A DNA stretch of 64,000 bases from Candidatus Eiseniibacteriota bacterium (lineage in GTDB: Bacteria > Eisenbacteria > RBG-16-71-46). Position 1 is the stretch's first letter. Each line of letters begins with the position of its first letter. Location: positions 64,001 to 128,000 of the forward strand of contig JBBRLX010000005.1 in assembly GCA_038231135.1 (NCBI GenBank). The letters run 5' to 3'. The notes below the pieces were generated by a model. The model ran no database searches. It saw only the letters and a program-made list of their open reading frames with translations, and was not told the DNA's origin. Shown here piece by piece: positions 27,045-38,113 of this stretch. The position numbers were made by a program, and so were the translations under genes.

Positions 27045-28373
27045 ATGGCCAAACCTTCGGAGATGGACCTGAGAGACTACGGCCGCATTCTCGTGCGGCG
27101 GAAGTGGTGGGTGCTGAGTTCGTTGCTGGGGGCGCTGGTGCTCGCGTTCGTGCTGAACACCGTCACGGCGCCGGTGTACCGGGCGACCGTGCGCATCCAG
27201 ATCTCCCGTGAGCCCTCGCGTTCGCTGCTGACCGGCGCGGAGATCGAGAGTCCCAGTGCCCAGTCCGACAACCTCGCGCTGTTCACCGCGGCCGAGCTGA
27301 TCACGAACCGCAAGCTGATGGCGCGCGCCGTGAGCTCGCTGCGGCAGCGCGGCGTGCTGACCGGCGACGAGGGCACGGCCCAGTCCTGGTTGGGGCGGCT
27401 GCTGCGCGGCGTCCCGGCGTCCGCGGGCACGATCGAAGCCAGCGACACCACCGGTACTCCGGTGTCGAACGACGAGGTGGACTGGCTGCTGTCGAACATC
27501 AACGTCGAACCGGTGCGCGACACCCGGCTCGTGAACATTCACGTCGAGCTGTCGAATCCGCGCTCGGCCGAGAAGGTCGCGAACACCGTGGCCGACTTGT
27601 TCGTGCGCTACCAGGCGGAGACGCACTCGGCGGGATCGTCGAGCATGGTGACGTACCTCACGAGCCAGCTCCAGGACGTGCGCGCGAACCTCGCGCAGTC
27701 CGAGCAGGCGTCGGCGTTCGTGAAGGCACGCAGCGACCGGGTCGCGGTCCAGGCGCGTCTCGACCAGCTGCGCCAGGCGCAGGAGTCGCTCGACCTCGAT
27801 CATCTGACCATTCAGACGCCCGCGATCGACGCGTTGCGCAAGCAGCTCGCCGATTCCGAGAGCGAGCTCGCGAAGGCGCGCCAGATCTACAAGGACCGCC
27901 ATCCGCGGCTGGTGGCGCTCGAGACCGAGAACGCGTCGATCCGCAGCAGCATCAGGAACGAGCTGGCGACCGTGATGGCGCAGGTGCGCGGCGAGCTGGT
28001 CACCGCCAGCGCGGCCGAGCGCAGCGTGGCGGGTGTCCCGGCGACGCTCAGCAGCCGCAACCCGGCGACGCTCGAGAGCGACGTCGCGAACAATCGTGAC
28101 CTGTACAACGCGCTGCTCACCAAGCTCAAGGAGGCCGAGATCAGCGGCCAGGCGCACGGCCCGCTGGTCGAGGTCGTGGAGCCGGCGGCCGCGCAGCCCG
28201 ATCCGGTGCGCCCGCGCAAGCTGATGAACTTCATCGTGTGTCTGTTCGCAGGCGGCGTCATCGGCACCGGCCTCGCATTCCTGCGTGAATACCTGCGCCG
28301 CACCATCCGCACGCCGCAGGACGTCGACGAGCACCTCCAGCTGCCCGTTCTGGGCCTCATCCCGAAGGCGTGA
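27045..28373 (+). CDS. Polysaccharide co-polymerase (Wzc/GumC-like membrane part, no kinase domain)
   Basis: [17 protein letters not shown]1, [14 protein letters not shown] coiled coil, VVEPA..P..PVRP, TM2, [21 protein letters not shown]. Confidence 0.88.
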   Translation: MAKPSEMDLRDYGRILVRRKWWVLSSLLGALVLAFVLNTVTAPVYRATVRIQISREPSRSLLTGAEIESPSAQSDNLALFTAAELITNRKLMARAVSSLRQRGVLTGDEGTAQSWLGRLLRGVPASAGTIEASDTTGTPVSNDEVDWLLSNINVEPVRDTRLVNIHVELSNPRSAEKVANTVADLFVRYQAETHSAGSSSMVTYLTSQLQDVRANLAQSEQASAFVKARSDRVAVQARLDQLRQAQESLDLDHLTIQTPAIDALRKQLADSESELAKARQIYKDRHPRLVALETENASIRSSIRNELATVMAQVRGELVTASAAERSVAGVPATLSSRNPATLESDVANNRDLYNALLTKLKEAEISGQAHGPLVEVVEPAAAQPDPVRPRKLMNFIVCLFAGGVIGTGLAFLREYLRRTIRTPQDVDEHLQLPVLGLIPKA

Positions 28374-28375
28374 CC

Positions 28376-29518
28376 ATGGACACTGCGGCGTTTCAACCCC
28401 TGGCTTCCGCGATGCTGCCGTTCCTGCAGAAGGGCGTCAGCAAGATCATCATCACCAGCAGCGGCCCCGGCGAGGGCAAGTCGACCGTCACCGCGAATCT
28501 CGGCCGCGCACTCGCGCGCTCCGGCCGGCTCAGCGTGCTGCTGGTCGACACCGACCCGTACAAGCCGGCGTTGCACAAGCGGTTCGGCGTCGAGAACCGC
28601 CGCGGCCTCGGCAACCTGCTGAGCGAGATCTACGGAATCGACCTCGCGCGCGAGAATCCCAACCAGTTCGGCATCGGCGACTGGGTCGAGCTGCTCAGGG
28701 CGCAGTCCCGCACGGGCACGCTGCTGATCCGCCAGGCCAACGACGAGTTCCAGATCGTGTTCCACCGCGGCCGCATCACCAGCCTGAGCGGCGGTTCGCG
28801 CGACGAGACCGGCCGCATCGGCCAGCTGCTGGTGCAGGACGGCCGCATCACGAACGAGCAGCGCGACGTCGCGCTCAAGGTGCAGAAGGAGGGCCAGCGC
28901 CGCATCGGCGAGGTGCTGCGCGGCCTCGGCTACGTGGGCAACGCCGATCTCGACGCCGCACTCGAGACGCAGCTCCGCGACTGCCTGCACCGCATCGTCA
29001 CGCTGCAGCGCCCGACGTATCACTTCGCGGAGACCGCGCAGGCCTACCTGCCGAATCCCGCGGCCTGGCAGGGCGACGACGACGGTTCCTCGATCGACAC
29101 GTTCATCAACGGGCGGTTCGGCGAGTACCTCAAGCACCCGTTCCTGTCGAGCCAGATCCCGAGCTACCTGACCGACACGGGCATGGACAACCTCAAGATC
29201 CTCACCACCGGCACGGTGACGTTCGATCTCGCGGACCGGCCGTTCGCGATCCTGGCCGAACGGCTGTCGCGGTCCTACGACGTCATTCTCATGGATTGCG
29301 CCCCGGTCGCGGTCACGAGCCCCACCGGCGCGCTCACCTCGGTCGCACACGGCGTGCTGCTCGTCGTGAAGGCCGAGGGCTACGATCTCCGCATCGTTCA
29401 GCAGGCGAAGGAGCAGCTCACCCGGTCCGGCGCGAATCTGCTGGGCGTGGTGCTGAACCAGGTCGACATCCGCCACGACGAAACGTTGTCCTACTACTAT
29501 GGAGCCTATCGACGCTGA
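28376..29518 (+). CDS. Stand-alone BY-kinase (CpsD/CapB-like) with inserted DUF4388-like/MshEN-like domain
   Basis: Walker [11 protein letters not shown], Walker A' VLLVDTD, Walker [17 protein letters not shown]-terminal tyrosine cluster YYYGAY; large insert between A' and B. Confidence 0.88.
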   Translation: MDTAAFQPLASAMLPFLQKGVSKIIITSSGPGEGKSTVTANLGRALARSGRLSVLLVDTDPYKPALHKRFGVENRRGLGNLLSEIYGIDLARENPNQFGIGDWVELLRAQSRTGTLLIRQANDEFQIVFHRGRITSLSGGSRDETGRIGQLLVQDGRITNEQRDVALKVQKEGQRRIGEVLRGLGYVGNADLDAALETQLRDCLHRIVTLQRPTYHFAETAQAYLPNPAAWQGDDDGSSIDTFINGRFGEYLKHPFLSSQIPSYLTDTGMDNLKILTTGTVTFDLADRPFAILAERLSRSYDVILMDCAPVAVTSPTGALTSVAHGVLLVVKAEGYDLRIVQQAKEQLTRSGANLLGVVLNQVDIRHDETLSYYYGAYRR

Positions 29519-30741
29519 TGGAACGACTGACCGAAAAGCCCGGGGCCGCTCCCAGGATGGTAGCCGGTGAGCCGCCGAAGATCCGCGACACGTTCCTGCC
29601 GTTCGCCCTGCCACTGATCGGCGAGGAGGAGATCGCAGGCGTCGTCATGTGCCTGCGCTCCGGCTGGCTCACCACCGGACAGAAGGTGCGGGAGTTCGAG
29701 CAGGAATTCGCCACGTGGGCGGGCTCGAAACACGCGATCGCGGTCAACTCGGCGACGTCCGGCCTGCACCTGGCGCTCGAAGCGCTGGGCGTGGGACCCG
29801 GCGACGAGGTCATCACCACGCCCATGACGTTCACCGCCACCGCGGCGGTGGTCGAACACCTGGGCGGTGTGCCGGTGCTGGTCGATTGCGAGCCCGACAC
29901 GCTCAACATCGATCCGCGCCTGATCGAGGCGAAGATCACCCCGCGCACCAAGGCGATCATGCCGGTGCACTTCTCCGGGCAGTCCGCCGACATGGACGCG
30001 ATCATGGCGATCGCGCACGAACACGGCATCCGCGTGGTGGAGGACGCGGCGCACGCGATCCCCACGGCGTGGAAGGGACGCCGCATCGGCTCGATCGGCG
30101 ACATCACGGTGTTCAGCTTCTACGCCACGAAGAACCTCACCACCGGCGAGGGCGGCATGATCACGACCGACGACGACGCGCTCGCCGAGCGCATGCGGCT
30201 GATGTGCCTGCACGGCATGAGCCGCGACGCGTGGAAGCGCTACACGCAGGCCGGCGCGTGGTCCTACGAGATCCTCGCGCCGGGCTTCAAGTACAACCTG
30301 ACCGACATCGCCGCGGCGATCGGCATCCCGCAGCTGCGTCACGCGGCCGAGTACCACGCGCGGCGGGCCTCGATCGCGGCGCGCTACGACGCGGCGCTCG
30401 GCAAGCTCGCCGGCGTGCGCATTCCCACCACGCGCGACGCCCAGGAGCACGGCTGGCATCTGTACGTGATGCAGGTGCAGCACGACAAGCTCACGATCGA
30501 CCGGGACGAGTTCATCCAGCAGCTCGTGGCGCTCAACATCGGCGTCTCGGTGCACTTCATCCCGCTCCACCTGCATCCCTACTGGCGTGACCGCTACGGT
30601 TACAAGCCGGAGGACTTCCCCGCGGCCTACGCAGCCTTCCAGCGCATCATCTCGCTGCCGATCTACGCGAAGATGAGCGACCGCGACGTGCAGGATGTGA
30701 TCGACGCAGTCACCTGGATCGCCACCCGCTACCGGAAATGA
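29518..30741 (+). CDS. DegT/DnrJ/EryC1/StrS sugar aminotransferase
   Basis: [70 protein letters not shown] overlap with the kinase. Confidence 0.95.
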   Translation: MERLTEKPGAAPRMVAGEPPKIRDTFLPFALPLIGEEEIAGVVMCLRSGWLTTGQKVREFEQEFATWAGSKHAIAVNSATSGLHLALEALGVGPGDEVITTPMTFTATAAVVEHLGGVPVLVDCEPDTLNIDPRLIEAKITPRTKAIMPVHFSGQSADMDAIMAIAHEHGIRVVEDAAHAIPTAWKGRRIGSIGDITVFSFYATKNLTTGEGGMITTDDDALAERMRLMCLHGMSRDAWKRYTQAGAWSYEILAPGFKYNLTDIAAAIGIPQLRHAAEYHARRASIAARYDAALGKLAGVRIPTTRDAQEHGWHLYVMQVQHDKLTIDRDEFIQQLVALNIGVSVHFIPLHLHPYWRDRYGYKPEDFPAAYAAFQRIISLPIYAKMSDRDVQDVIDAVTWIATRYRK

Positions 30742-33149
30742 AACGTCTGTTCGACATCGTCGTCGCGGCGGTGGGAATCCTGTTCCTGTCGCCGGTGATG
30801 GCGGTCGTCGCACTGCTCATCAAGCTCGAAGGCGACGGTCCCGTGCTGTTCCGGCAGCAGCGGGCCGGCCGCCGCATGAAGCCGTTCGACATCCTCAAGT
30901 TCCGCACGATGGTGACGAACGCGCCCGCGCTGGGACCCGGCGTGACGATCGGCAACGACCGCCGCATCACCCGCGCCGGCGGCGTTCTGCGCAAGACCAA
31001 GCTCGACGAGCTGCCGCAGCTGTTCAACGTGCTGCGCGGCGAGATGAGCTTCGTCGGCCCGCGGCCCGAGCTGCCGCGCTACGTCGCGCTGTACCCCGCG
31101 GAGTTCAAGGAAGTGCTGAGCGTGCGGCCCGGCATCACCGACATCGCGTCGATCGTCTACCGTGATGAGTCGGGCATCCTCGCGCGCTCGGCAGACCCCG
31201 AGGCCTACTACGAATCCGTCGTGCTCCCCGACAAGATCCGCATGGCCCGCGAGTACGTGCGCGCGTCGTCGCTGTGGTTCGACGTCAAGCTGATCTTCAC
31301 CACGCTCACGGTCCTGCTGTATCCGCGCCGGACCGCCGAGCGGGTCGTCGACCGCCTCGGCCGCCAGCGGGTGCCGCTCTCGATCGCCGTGCACGCGGCC
31401 GCCGCCGTGCTCGCGAGCGCCCTGGCCTACGCGGTGCGGTTCGACGGCCGCGCGCCGGCGTCCGAATGGCACCGGTTCTCAAGCCTGCTGCCGTGGCTCG
31501 TCGCGGCACGGCTCCTGGGGTTCCTGCCGGCCGGCGTGTACCGCAGCCTGTGGCGCTACTCGGATGCCCGCGACCTCGAGCGCACGGCGCTGGGCGTGGC
31601 GCTGGGCTCCGGCCTGTTCACGCTCGCGCTCCGCGTGATCCCCGGCGGCGCGGGAACCTCGACGGCGGTGCTGGTGCTGGACGCGCTGCTGTGCCTCGCA
31701 CTGCTCGGCGGCGTGCGGTTCGCGCGCCGCATGATGAGCCGGCTGCGCAACGAGGTGCCGCGCACGCGCCGCGCGCTGCTCGTTGCGACCGGCGACGTCG
31801 CCGACCGCGTGCTGGGCGGCATCGCCGGCGACCCGCTGTCGGGCTGCCACGTGATCGGCGTGCTCGAGGACGACGCGTCGCGCACCGGCGCCACCCTGCA
31901 CGGCGTGCCGGTGCTCGGCGCCGCATCCGACCTCGAGGCCATGATCAAGCGCGAGCAGCCCGACGAGATCCTGATCGCGGGCGGCTCGCCGCAGGCGGTG
32001 CGCCAGCTGGTGAAGCTCGCCGCCGCGTTCGAGAAGCCGGTGCGCTCGATCCCCGATCCCAGCCACATGCTGTCGGGCGACGCGTTCGGCCCGCCGCCGT
32101 TCGAGCCCGAGGACCTGCTGTTCCGCGATCCGATCCGCACCGATCCCGCGGGGCTCGCGGCTGCGTACGCCGGCCGCTGCGTGCTGATCACCGGCGCGGG
32201 GGGGTCGATCGGCTCCGAGATCTGCCGCCAGATTGCGCAGCTCGAACCGTCGCGGCTCGTGCTGTTCGAGAAGCACGAGGCCAGTCTGTTCTTCACCGAG
32301 CGCGAGCTGCGCACGCTCGCGCCCCAGCTCGACATCGTCGCCGTGATCGGCGACATCACCGACGCCGAACGCGTGACGCAGGTGATGCACGACACGCGGC
32401 CCGACGTGGTGTTCCACGCGGCCGCGTACAAGCACGTGCCGATGATGGAGCACCATCCGTCCGAGGCCTACAAGACGAACGTGCTCGGCACCCGCGTGGT
32501 GGCCGAGGCCGCGGCGCGTGCCGGCGTGGGCAGCTTCGTGCTGATCTCCACCGACAAGGCCGTCGAGCCGGTCAGCGTCATGGGCCTCACCAAGCGCATC
32601 GCCGAGCTGACGGTGATGGGCCTGAACGGGCCCGGCCAGCCCCGCTACATGGCCGTGCGATTCGGCAACGTGCTCGATTCGAGTGGCAGCGTGGTGCCGC
32701 TGTTCCGCGAGCAGATCGAGAAGGGTGGCCCGATCACCGTGACCCACTCGGAGGTGACCCGGCTGTTCATGACCGTGCCCGAGGCCGTGCAGCTCATCCT
32801 GCACGCCGTGACGCTCGGTACGGGCGGCGAGGTGTTCGTGCTCGACATGGGCAAGCCGGTGCGGATCCTCGACCTGGCGAAGACGCTCGCCCGGCTGCAC
32901 GGGCTCCACCCGGGCCGCGACATCGATATCGTGTTCACCGGGCTCAGGCCCGGCGAGCGGCTGTTCGAGACCCTGTTCAACGAGCACGAGAAGATCTGGA
33001 AGACGCCGCACCCCAAGATCCTGATGGCGGCGAACGGCGCGGGTGGTCCCGACGGGCGCAACGAGCTCGACCGGCTGCTCCAGGTGCTCGACGATCGCAT
33101 CCGCCAGGTCGCCGCGCCGCCGGGGCAGCCCGCGAGCCCGCCGTCATGA
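30738..33149 (+). CDS. Fusion of a monotopic phosphoglycosyl transferase (PglC-like) and a membrane-anchored UDP-GlcNAc 4,6-dehydratase (PglF/CapD/WbpM-like)
   Basis: [38 protein letters not shown]; about 4 TM; then [51 protein letters not shown] in one ORF. Confidence 0.92.
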   Translation: MKRLFDIVVAAVGILFLSPVMAVVALLIKLEGDGPVLFRQQRAGRRMKPFDILKFRTMVTNAPALGPGVTIGNDRRITRAGGVLRKTKLDELPQLFNVLRGEMSFVGPRPELPRYVALYPAEFKEVLSVRPGITDIASIVYRDESGILARSADPEAYYESVVLPDKIRMAREYVRASSLWFDVKLIFTTLTVLLYPRRTAERVVDRLGRQRVPLSIAVHAAAAVLASALAYAVRFDGRAPASEWHRFSSLLPWLVAARLLGFLPAGVYRSLWRYSDARDLERTALGVALGSGLFTLALRVIPGGAGTSTAVLVLDALLCLALLGGVRFARRMMSRLRNEVPRTRRALLVATGDVADRVLGGIAGDPLSGCHVIGVLEDDASRTGATLHGVPVLGAASDLEAMIKREQPDEILIAGGSPQAVRQLVKLAAAFEKPVRSIPDPSHMLSGDAFGPPPFEPEDLLFRDPIRTDPAGLAAAYAGRCVLITGAGGSIGSEICRQIAQLEPSRLVLFEKHEASLFFTERELRTLAPQLDIVAVIGDITDAERVTQVMHDTRPDVVFHAAAYKHVPMMEHHPSEAYKTNVLGTRVVAEAAARAGVGSFVLISTDKAVEPVSVMGLTKRIAELTVMGLNGPGQPRYMAVRFGNVLDSSGSVVPLFREQIEKGGPITVTHSEVTRLFMTVPEAVQLILHAVTLGTGGEVFVLDMGKPVRILDLAKTLARLHGLHPGRDIDIVFTGLRPGERLFETLFNEHEKIWKTPHPKILMAANGAGGPDGRNELDRLLQVLDDRIRQVAAPPGQPASPPS

Positions 33150-34675
33150 GCGCGCGCCGCGTGACCGCACGCAAGGAGAAGCGCGCCGCCGAGCTGCGCG
33201 CGCTCGAGACCGCCGAAGTTCGCGCCCGGCTCACGGCCGACATCACGGCCGGCCGCGGTGCGCAGGCGGCGGACATGGCCGCGGCCGGCTACGGCGCGGT
33301 CGCGGGGGGTGCGGAGCGCGGCGCGACCGCCGGCGGTCGGAGAGTTCCGCCGTGGGCGCGGTTCGCGCGCAGCGCGCAGGCGCCGGTTGCGGACGTGGGG
33401 TCCGGAGCGTTCGGCGGCCGCCTCGCGTCGGCCATGCTGATCCTCGCCGTCATCCTGGTGCCGCTCGTCCAGCCGATCGGGCCCGGCCAGATCGCGGTGG
33501 GGGACCTGCTCAACGTCCTGGGGATGGCGTTGTTCGGCATCGTGCTGCTGACGCGGCGGCCACGCATCACGCTGCCGCTCATCATGCCGGTGTTCGTGAT
33601 CGCGTTCGCGAGCCTGATCGCCACGCTGAACGCCGCGGCGCCGGGCCAGAGCCTCGTCACCATGGCGCAGGACACCTACCTCTACCTGTGGTTCGTGGTG
33701 CTGGTGAACGTGTTCGCCGACCACGGCGACCTCCGGCGGGTGCGCTGGACCTGGATGGTGGTGTCGGCCGCGATCTCGCTGTATGGCGTGTATGCGCTGA
33801 TGCACACGTATCATTACGGCCTCGGCGCCCTGTTCGGCGCCAAGGGCGAGCGCGCGGCGGGGACGTTCGGCAACGCGAACTTCTTCGCCGACTATCTGGT
33901 GATCAGCTTCTTCGTGATCGCGAGTCTCGGCTCGGAGACCTCGTGGATGATCCGGTTTCCGGCGCTGGGGGCGATCCTGCTCGGACTGATGGCGTCCAAG
34001 TCGCTGGGTGGACTGCTGTCGCTGATCGGCGGCCTCCTGGTCTGGTTCTTCGCACGCTCCGCGACCCGCCGGACCTCGGTGCTGGCGACGGTCGCCGTCG
34101 TCAGCGTGCTGGGTGGCGTGGCGCTGCTCGGCGGCTGGGTGGTGAAGGAGTGGGGCATCGGCCAGAAGGGCCTCAAGGTGATGACGAGCCAGAGCGTCGT
34201 CGGCCGGCTCGACAAGAGCTCCGCGAGCCGCATCCAGATCTGGACCGAGCTGCGCAACCGGTTCGAGCGGCGGCCGCTCGGCATCGGCCCCGGGAACAGC
34301 AGCGAGATCATGCTGTCGGTGTCGAATCGCGAGCGCCGCGGCGGATCGGTGCAGGGCAAGGAGGCGCACAACGACTATGTCGGCTACGCGGTCGAACGCG
34401 GCCCGCTCGCGCTGCTCGCGCTGTTCGCGATGATCGTGATCTCGCTGCAGGTGCTCCAGCAGGGCTGGTCGCGCGTCCGCGACCGGTCGTCGGCGGTGCC
34501 CGGGGCGTGGGTCGCGGCGCTCGCTGCCGGGCTGATCGCGAGCTCGATCCACTCGTTCACGATCGAGAAGCTCCACTTCCGGCACTTCTGGTTCTTTCTG
34601 GCGCTGCTGTTCGCGCTGAGCGCCCGACTTAAGACTCGTCCTCCACCGGCCGCGGAGCCCGTCCGCCCGCGCTGA
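33146..34675 (+). CDS. O-antigen ligase / Wzy-like polymerase family membrane protein
   Basis: About 11-12 hydrophobic segments; RAAGTFGNAN, R..IW, PLGIGPGN, AHNDYV..AVERG. ATGA overlap. Confidence 0.85.
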   Translation: MSARRVTARKEKRAAELRALETAEVRARLTADITAGRGAQAADMAAAGYGAVAGGAERGATAGGRRVPPWARFARSAQAPVADVGSGAFGGRLASAMLILAVILVPLVQPIGPGQIAVGDLLNVLGMALFGIVLLTRRPRITLPLIMPVFVIAFASLIATLNAAAPGQSLVTMAQDTYLYLWFVVLVNVFADHGDLRRVRWTWMVVSAAISLYGVYALMHTYHYGLGALFGAKGERAAGTFGNANFFADYLVISFFVIASLGSETSWMIRFPALGAILLGLMASKSLGGLLSLIGGLLVWFFARSATRRTSVLATVAVVSVLGGVALLGGWVVKEWGIGQKGLKVMTSQSVVGRLDKSSASRIQIWTELRNRFERRPLGIGPGNSSEIMLSVSNRERRGGSVQGKEAHNDYVGYAVERGPLALLALFAMIVISLQVLQQGWSRVRDRSSAVPGAWVAALAAGLIASSIHSFTIEKLHFRHFWFFLALLFALSARLKTRPPPAAEPVRPR

Positions 34676-34964
34676 CGCCCGCGGGGGAGGTCCAAACCCC
34701 AACGGGGCCCGGGGTGACGCCCGGAACGCTCCGCGGACACCCCGGGGGCGGCGGTAACGCTGGCTACGGCGTGCGAAGCCGCCCCGGACTCGAATCGGGC
34801 ATCCCCGGTGCCGGTTTCCCAGGCCCGTGAAACGCTGGCCCGGGATGTGCTGTTGAGTTCTGTACGTCGACGGCTGCCGCGCAAGCGGCTCCCGGGGACA
34901 AGCTGCTGCACGAGCGGCCGATAGCGTGAAAGCCTTGCCTGTGGCGGCCCGCGTTGCGGCTGCG

Positions 34965-34998
34965 GTGTCGTCCGGACAATCGTCGGTCCGGACGACAC
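34965..34998. repeat. Perfect 13-bp inverted repeat in the long intergenic region
   Basis: GTGTCGTCCGGAC-N8-GTCCGGACGACAC. Confidence 0.8.
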
Positions 34999-35349
34999 GG
35001 AGGGCGGTGGGTCGGACGGCCCGCCGTCGGCGAATTCGCTGTGTATTTTGGCGAATTCGGCAGTGAATTTCGCACGATTTCGCGGTTGGAGTCATCGAAC
35101 TCGCAGCATGATTTGTCGGCAGGGGGGTGCTTTGATGCTGCTATACTCTTTGCTCCGTTCCGGGACGCAGGGTCGAGGCCGGCAGGATCCGGGTTCGAGC
35201 GCCGTCGTCCTGGCCCGGGCCCCGATCTGCCGCCTCCCATACGAGTCACCCGACGTCCGCGCCCGCTGCCCGCGGGACCGGTCGACGGTGAGTCCCCGAA
35301 TCCCGGCTTTGTGCCGGGGCACCAACGAACAGAACAGGATCGTCCGCGG

Positions 35350-36537
35350 ATGACCGAGAACCCATCCAGTTCAGCCTCCATGCCCGCCGAAGCCATCCGG
35401 CTCGTGGACATCATCAACCTGAGTTCTTCGGCGAACACGCTGCTCAAGAACCGGGTGCTGTCGATGCGCGCCCGCGGCGTGGACAATCGCATCCTGTGCA
35501 TCGACGGGCCGTACGTGCGGCTGCTGCGCGACCAGGGCATCCCGGTCGCGACCGCGGGCATGCCGCGCAGCATGAATCCGTTCGCCATGCTGACGTCCAC
35601 GTTCGAGATGGCCGCCTACCTCAGGCGCGAGCGCATCGACGTCGTGCACACGCACTGCTCGATGCCCGGCGTCCTGGGCCGCATTGCCGCCAGGCTGGCC
35701 GGCGTGCCGGTGATCATCCACACGATCCACGGGCTCCACGTGCACGACCGCTGGCATCCGGTGCTGCTCAATCTGTTCACGTTCGCCGAGAAGTTCTGTG
35801 GCCGCTTCACCGACATGCTGCTGAGCCAGAACCGCATCGATCTCGAGCTGGCCCGCCGGCTCGCGCTGGTGCCCGCCGGCCGGCTGCGGTTCATCGGCAA
35901 CGGCATCGACATCGATCGCTTCCGCCCGCAGCCGCGCGTCGCTGCGGCTGGGCCGCTCACGATCGTCTGCACCGCAAGGCTCGAGCCGGTGAAGAACCAC
36001 CCGCAGCTGTTCCAGGCCATGAAGCTGCTGACCGAGCGCGGCATTCCGGCCCGCGTCTGGCTCGTGGGCGACGGTCCGCTCAAGCCCGAGTACGTGCGCA
36101 TGTGCGCCGAGCTCGGCATCGCCGACCGGGTCGAGTTCCTGGGGTATCGCGATGACGTGCCGGGGCTGCTCGCCAGGGCCGACGTGTCCGTGCTGACCTC
36201 GGTCAAAGAGGGCATCCCGCGGGCGCTGCTCGAGGCCATGGCCATGGAGCTGCCGGTGATCGGCACCCGCGTGGTCGGCACCGACGAGACCGTGCGTGAC
36301 GGCGAAACCGGCTGGCTCGTCGAGTACGGCGACGCCGAGGCGCTCGCCGAGCGGCTGGCGCGTCTCGCGGCCGATCCCGCGCTGCGCGCACGCCTCGGAC
36401 AACGGGGCCGTCAGGTGGTCGAGGCCGAGTTCAATGAACGCCAGATCGTGGAGTCGCTGGCCGCCATCTACCGCCAGATCCTGAGCACCAAGGGGCTCGG
36501 TGCCTCGATCTCCCAGCCGCACGCGGTGAAGCCGTGA
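35350..36537 (+). CDS. GT4 glycosyltransferase
   Basis: DVVHTH, IIHTIHG, IGNGID, ARLEPVKNH, LVGDGP, TSVKEGIPRALLEAMA (intact EX7E). Start 35350 or 35380. Confidence 0.92.
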   Translation: MTENPSSSASMPAEAIRLVDIINLSSSANTLLKNRVLSMRARGVDNRILCIDGPYVRLLRDQGIPVATAGMPRSMNPFAMLTSTFEMAAYLRRERIDVVHTHCSMPGVLGRIAARLAGVPVIIHTIHGLHVHDRWHPVLLNLFTFAEKFCGRFTDMLLSQNRIDLELARRLALVPAGRLRFIGNGIDIDRFRPQPRVAAAGPLTIVCTARLEPVKNHPQLFQAMKLLTERGIPARVWLVGDGPLKPEYVRMCAELGIADRVEFLGYRDDVPGLLARADVSVLTSVKEGIPRALLEAMAMELPVIGTRVVGTDETVRDGETGWLVEYGDAEALAERLARLAADPALRARLGQRGRQVVEAEFNERQIVESLAAIYRQILSTKGLGASISQPHAVKP

Positions 36538-38099
36538 GCGAGCCGATTTCGGTGCCGAGCATGGGCATCGAGCCCACGGGTGGCTACGAACCCCCGGAGG
36601 GCCCGGTTAAGGCCCTGGCCTCGGGGACTTCGGTGCGCACCGCGGCGCGGATCGGCAAGAACTTCTCGTTCCGGATGGCCGCGCAGATCCTGAGCGCCAT
36701 GATCAACGTCGGCGCCATGGTGCTGCTCGGCAACTACCTGAGCGCCGAGCGCTACGGCGACTACGTGTTCTACTACGCGCTGATCCCGCTGATCGCGAGC
36801 CTCAGCGATCTCGGCACCGGCGTCATGATCACGAAGGAGATCGCGCGCGAGAAGCTGATGGGTCCGCGGTTCTACGGCGACGCCCTGCTGATCAAGGGGG
36901 TGGTCGGGCTCGCGCTGCTCACGATCGTGTCCGTGGCGTCGTGGACCACGCTCGATCACGGTCGCGCGCTGCTCGTGACGCTGGTGTGCGCGACCGCGCT
37001 CATCGACTTCAGCCAGGACGTGTCGGTGTGGATCGTGCGCGCGCACGAGCGGCTCGACGTCGAGGCGGTGCTGCTGCTCGCGAGCCAGGTGGCGTGGATG
37101 GGAGGCATCGCGGTGGGCGCGGCGCTCCACCTGTCGCTGCCGTGGCTGCTGGCGTCCGCGAGCGTCGCGTTCGCGATGCGCACGCTGATCGGCATCTGGA
37201 TCGTGCGGCGCCGGTTCTACCGCCCGGTGTTCCAGCCGGATTACGCCCGGCTCCGGAAGTTCGTGCTGCAGGCGCTGCCGTTCGGCCTCGCGATGTTCAT
37301 CGTGGTGCTGTACGGCCGCATCGGCGTGCTGATGCTGAAGGCGATGGCCGGCAAGGCCGACGTGGCGCTGTTCAACGTCGGCTACATGCTGTCCCAGCCG
37401 CTCGGATTCATCTCGACCGCACTGAGCATGGCGGCGTTCCCGGCGCTCGCCCGCCGCGCCCAGCGCGGCCACGGCGCGATCTCGAGCGCGCTGCGGCGCA
37501 CCACCAAGTACCAGTTCCTCGTGACGCTGCCGATGATGGCGGGCCTGTTCCTGCTGGCCGAGCGCGTGATCCCGCTGCTGTTCCACGGCACCGACTTCGC
37601 GCGCGCCGGGTTCGCGCTCAAGCTCATGAGCCTCGGGCTGGCGTTCATCTTCATGAACCTGATGTCGCGCTACGTGCTGGCGGCGATCGACGCGAACCAG
37701 GTGTATCTCCGGGCGGTGCTGGTCGGGCTGGCGGTGAATGTCGCGATCGGCGTGATGCTGATCCCGCGCTACGGTTTCGCCGGCGCCTGCATCGCCCAGC
37801 TGTCCGGCGAGCTGTCGATCTTCGTGATGTGCCAGAGCGCGCTCACGCGCTACGTGAGCGTGCGCGAGGTGTTCGCCGCGCTGGTGCGGCCCGCGTTGGC
37901 GGCGCTCGGCAGCGGCGCCGTCGTGTGGCTGCTGCGGCATTCCAACCTGGCGCTGGCCGTGGTCGCGGGCGGCGCCACCTACGTCGTGCTGCTGTTCGTG
38001 GTGCGTGCGTTCAACGACGACGAGCTGCGCCTGATGCGCGGCGTGCTCCAGTCGTTCGTCCCCGGTTCGGCCCCCGGCCGTGCCGAACCTCGTTCGTGA
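36534..38099 (+). CDS. wzx: Wzx-like oligosaccharide flippase (MOP family)
   Basis: IGKNF, YLSAERYG.Y, LSDLG....ITKEIAR, VALFNVGY, AAFPALAR, LIPRYGFAGA; about 14 TM. Confidence 0.88.
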   Translation: MSEPISVPSMGIEPTGGYEPPEGPVKALASGTSVRTAARIGKNFSFRMAAQILSAMINVGAMVLLGNYLSAERYGDYVFYYALIPLIASLSDLGTGVMITKEIAREKLMGPRFYGDALLIKGVVGLALLTIVSVASWTTLDHGRALLVTLVCATALIDFSQDVSVWIVRAHERLDVEAVLLLASQVAWMGGIAVGAALHLSLPWLLASASVAFAMRTLIGIWIVRRRFYRPVFQPDYARLRKFVLQALPFGLAMFIVVLYGRIGVLMLKAMAGKADVALFNVGYMLSQPLGFISTALSMAAFPALARRAQRGHGAISSALRRTTKYQFLVTLPMMAGLFLLAERVIPLLFHGTDFARAGFALKLMSLGLAFIFMNLMSRYVLAAIDANQVYLRAVLVGLAVNVAIGVMLIPRYGFAGACIAQLSGELSIFVMCQSALTRYVSVREVFAALVRPALAALGSGAVVWLLRHSNLALAVVAGGATYVVLLFVVRAFNDDELRLMRGVLQSFVPGSAPGRAEPRS

Positions 38100-38113
38100 G
38101 CCAAGGAGCCCGC

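Noticed and set aside
34749..34762. ops/JUMPstart-like GGCGGTAACGCTG
   Set aside because: It mismatches GGCGGTAG, lies far from any start codon, and is likely by chance at this GC content.
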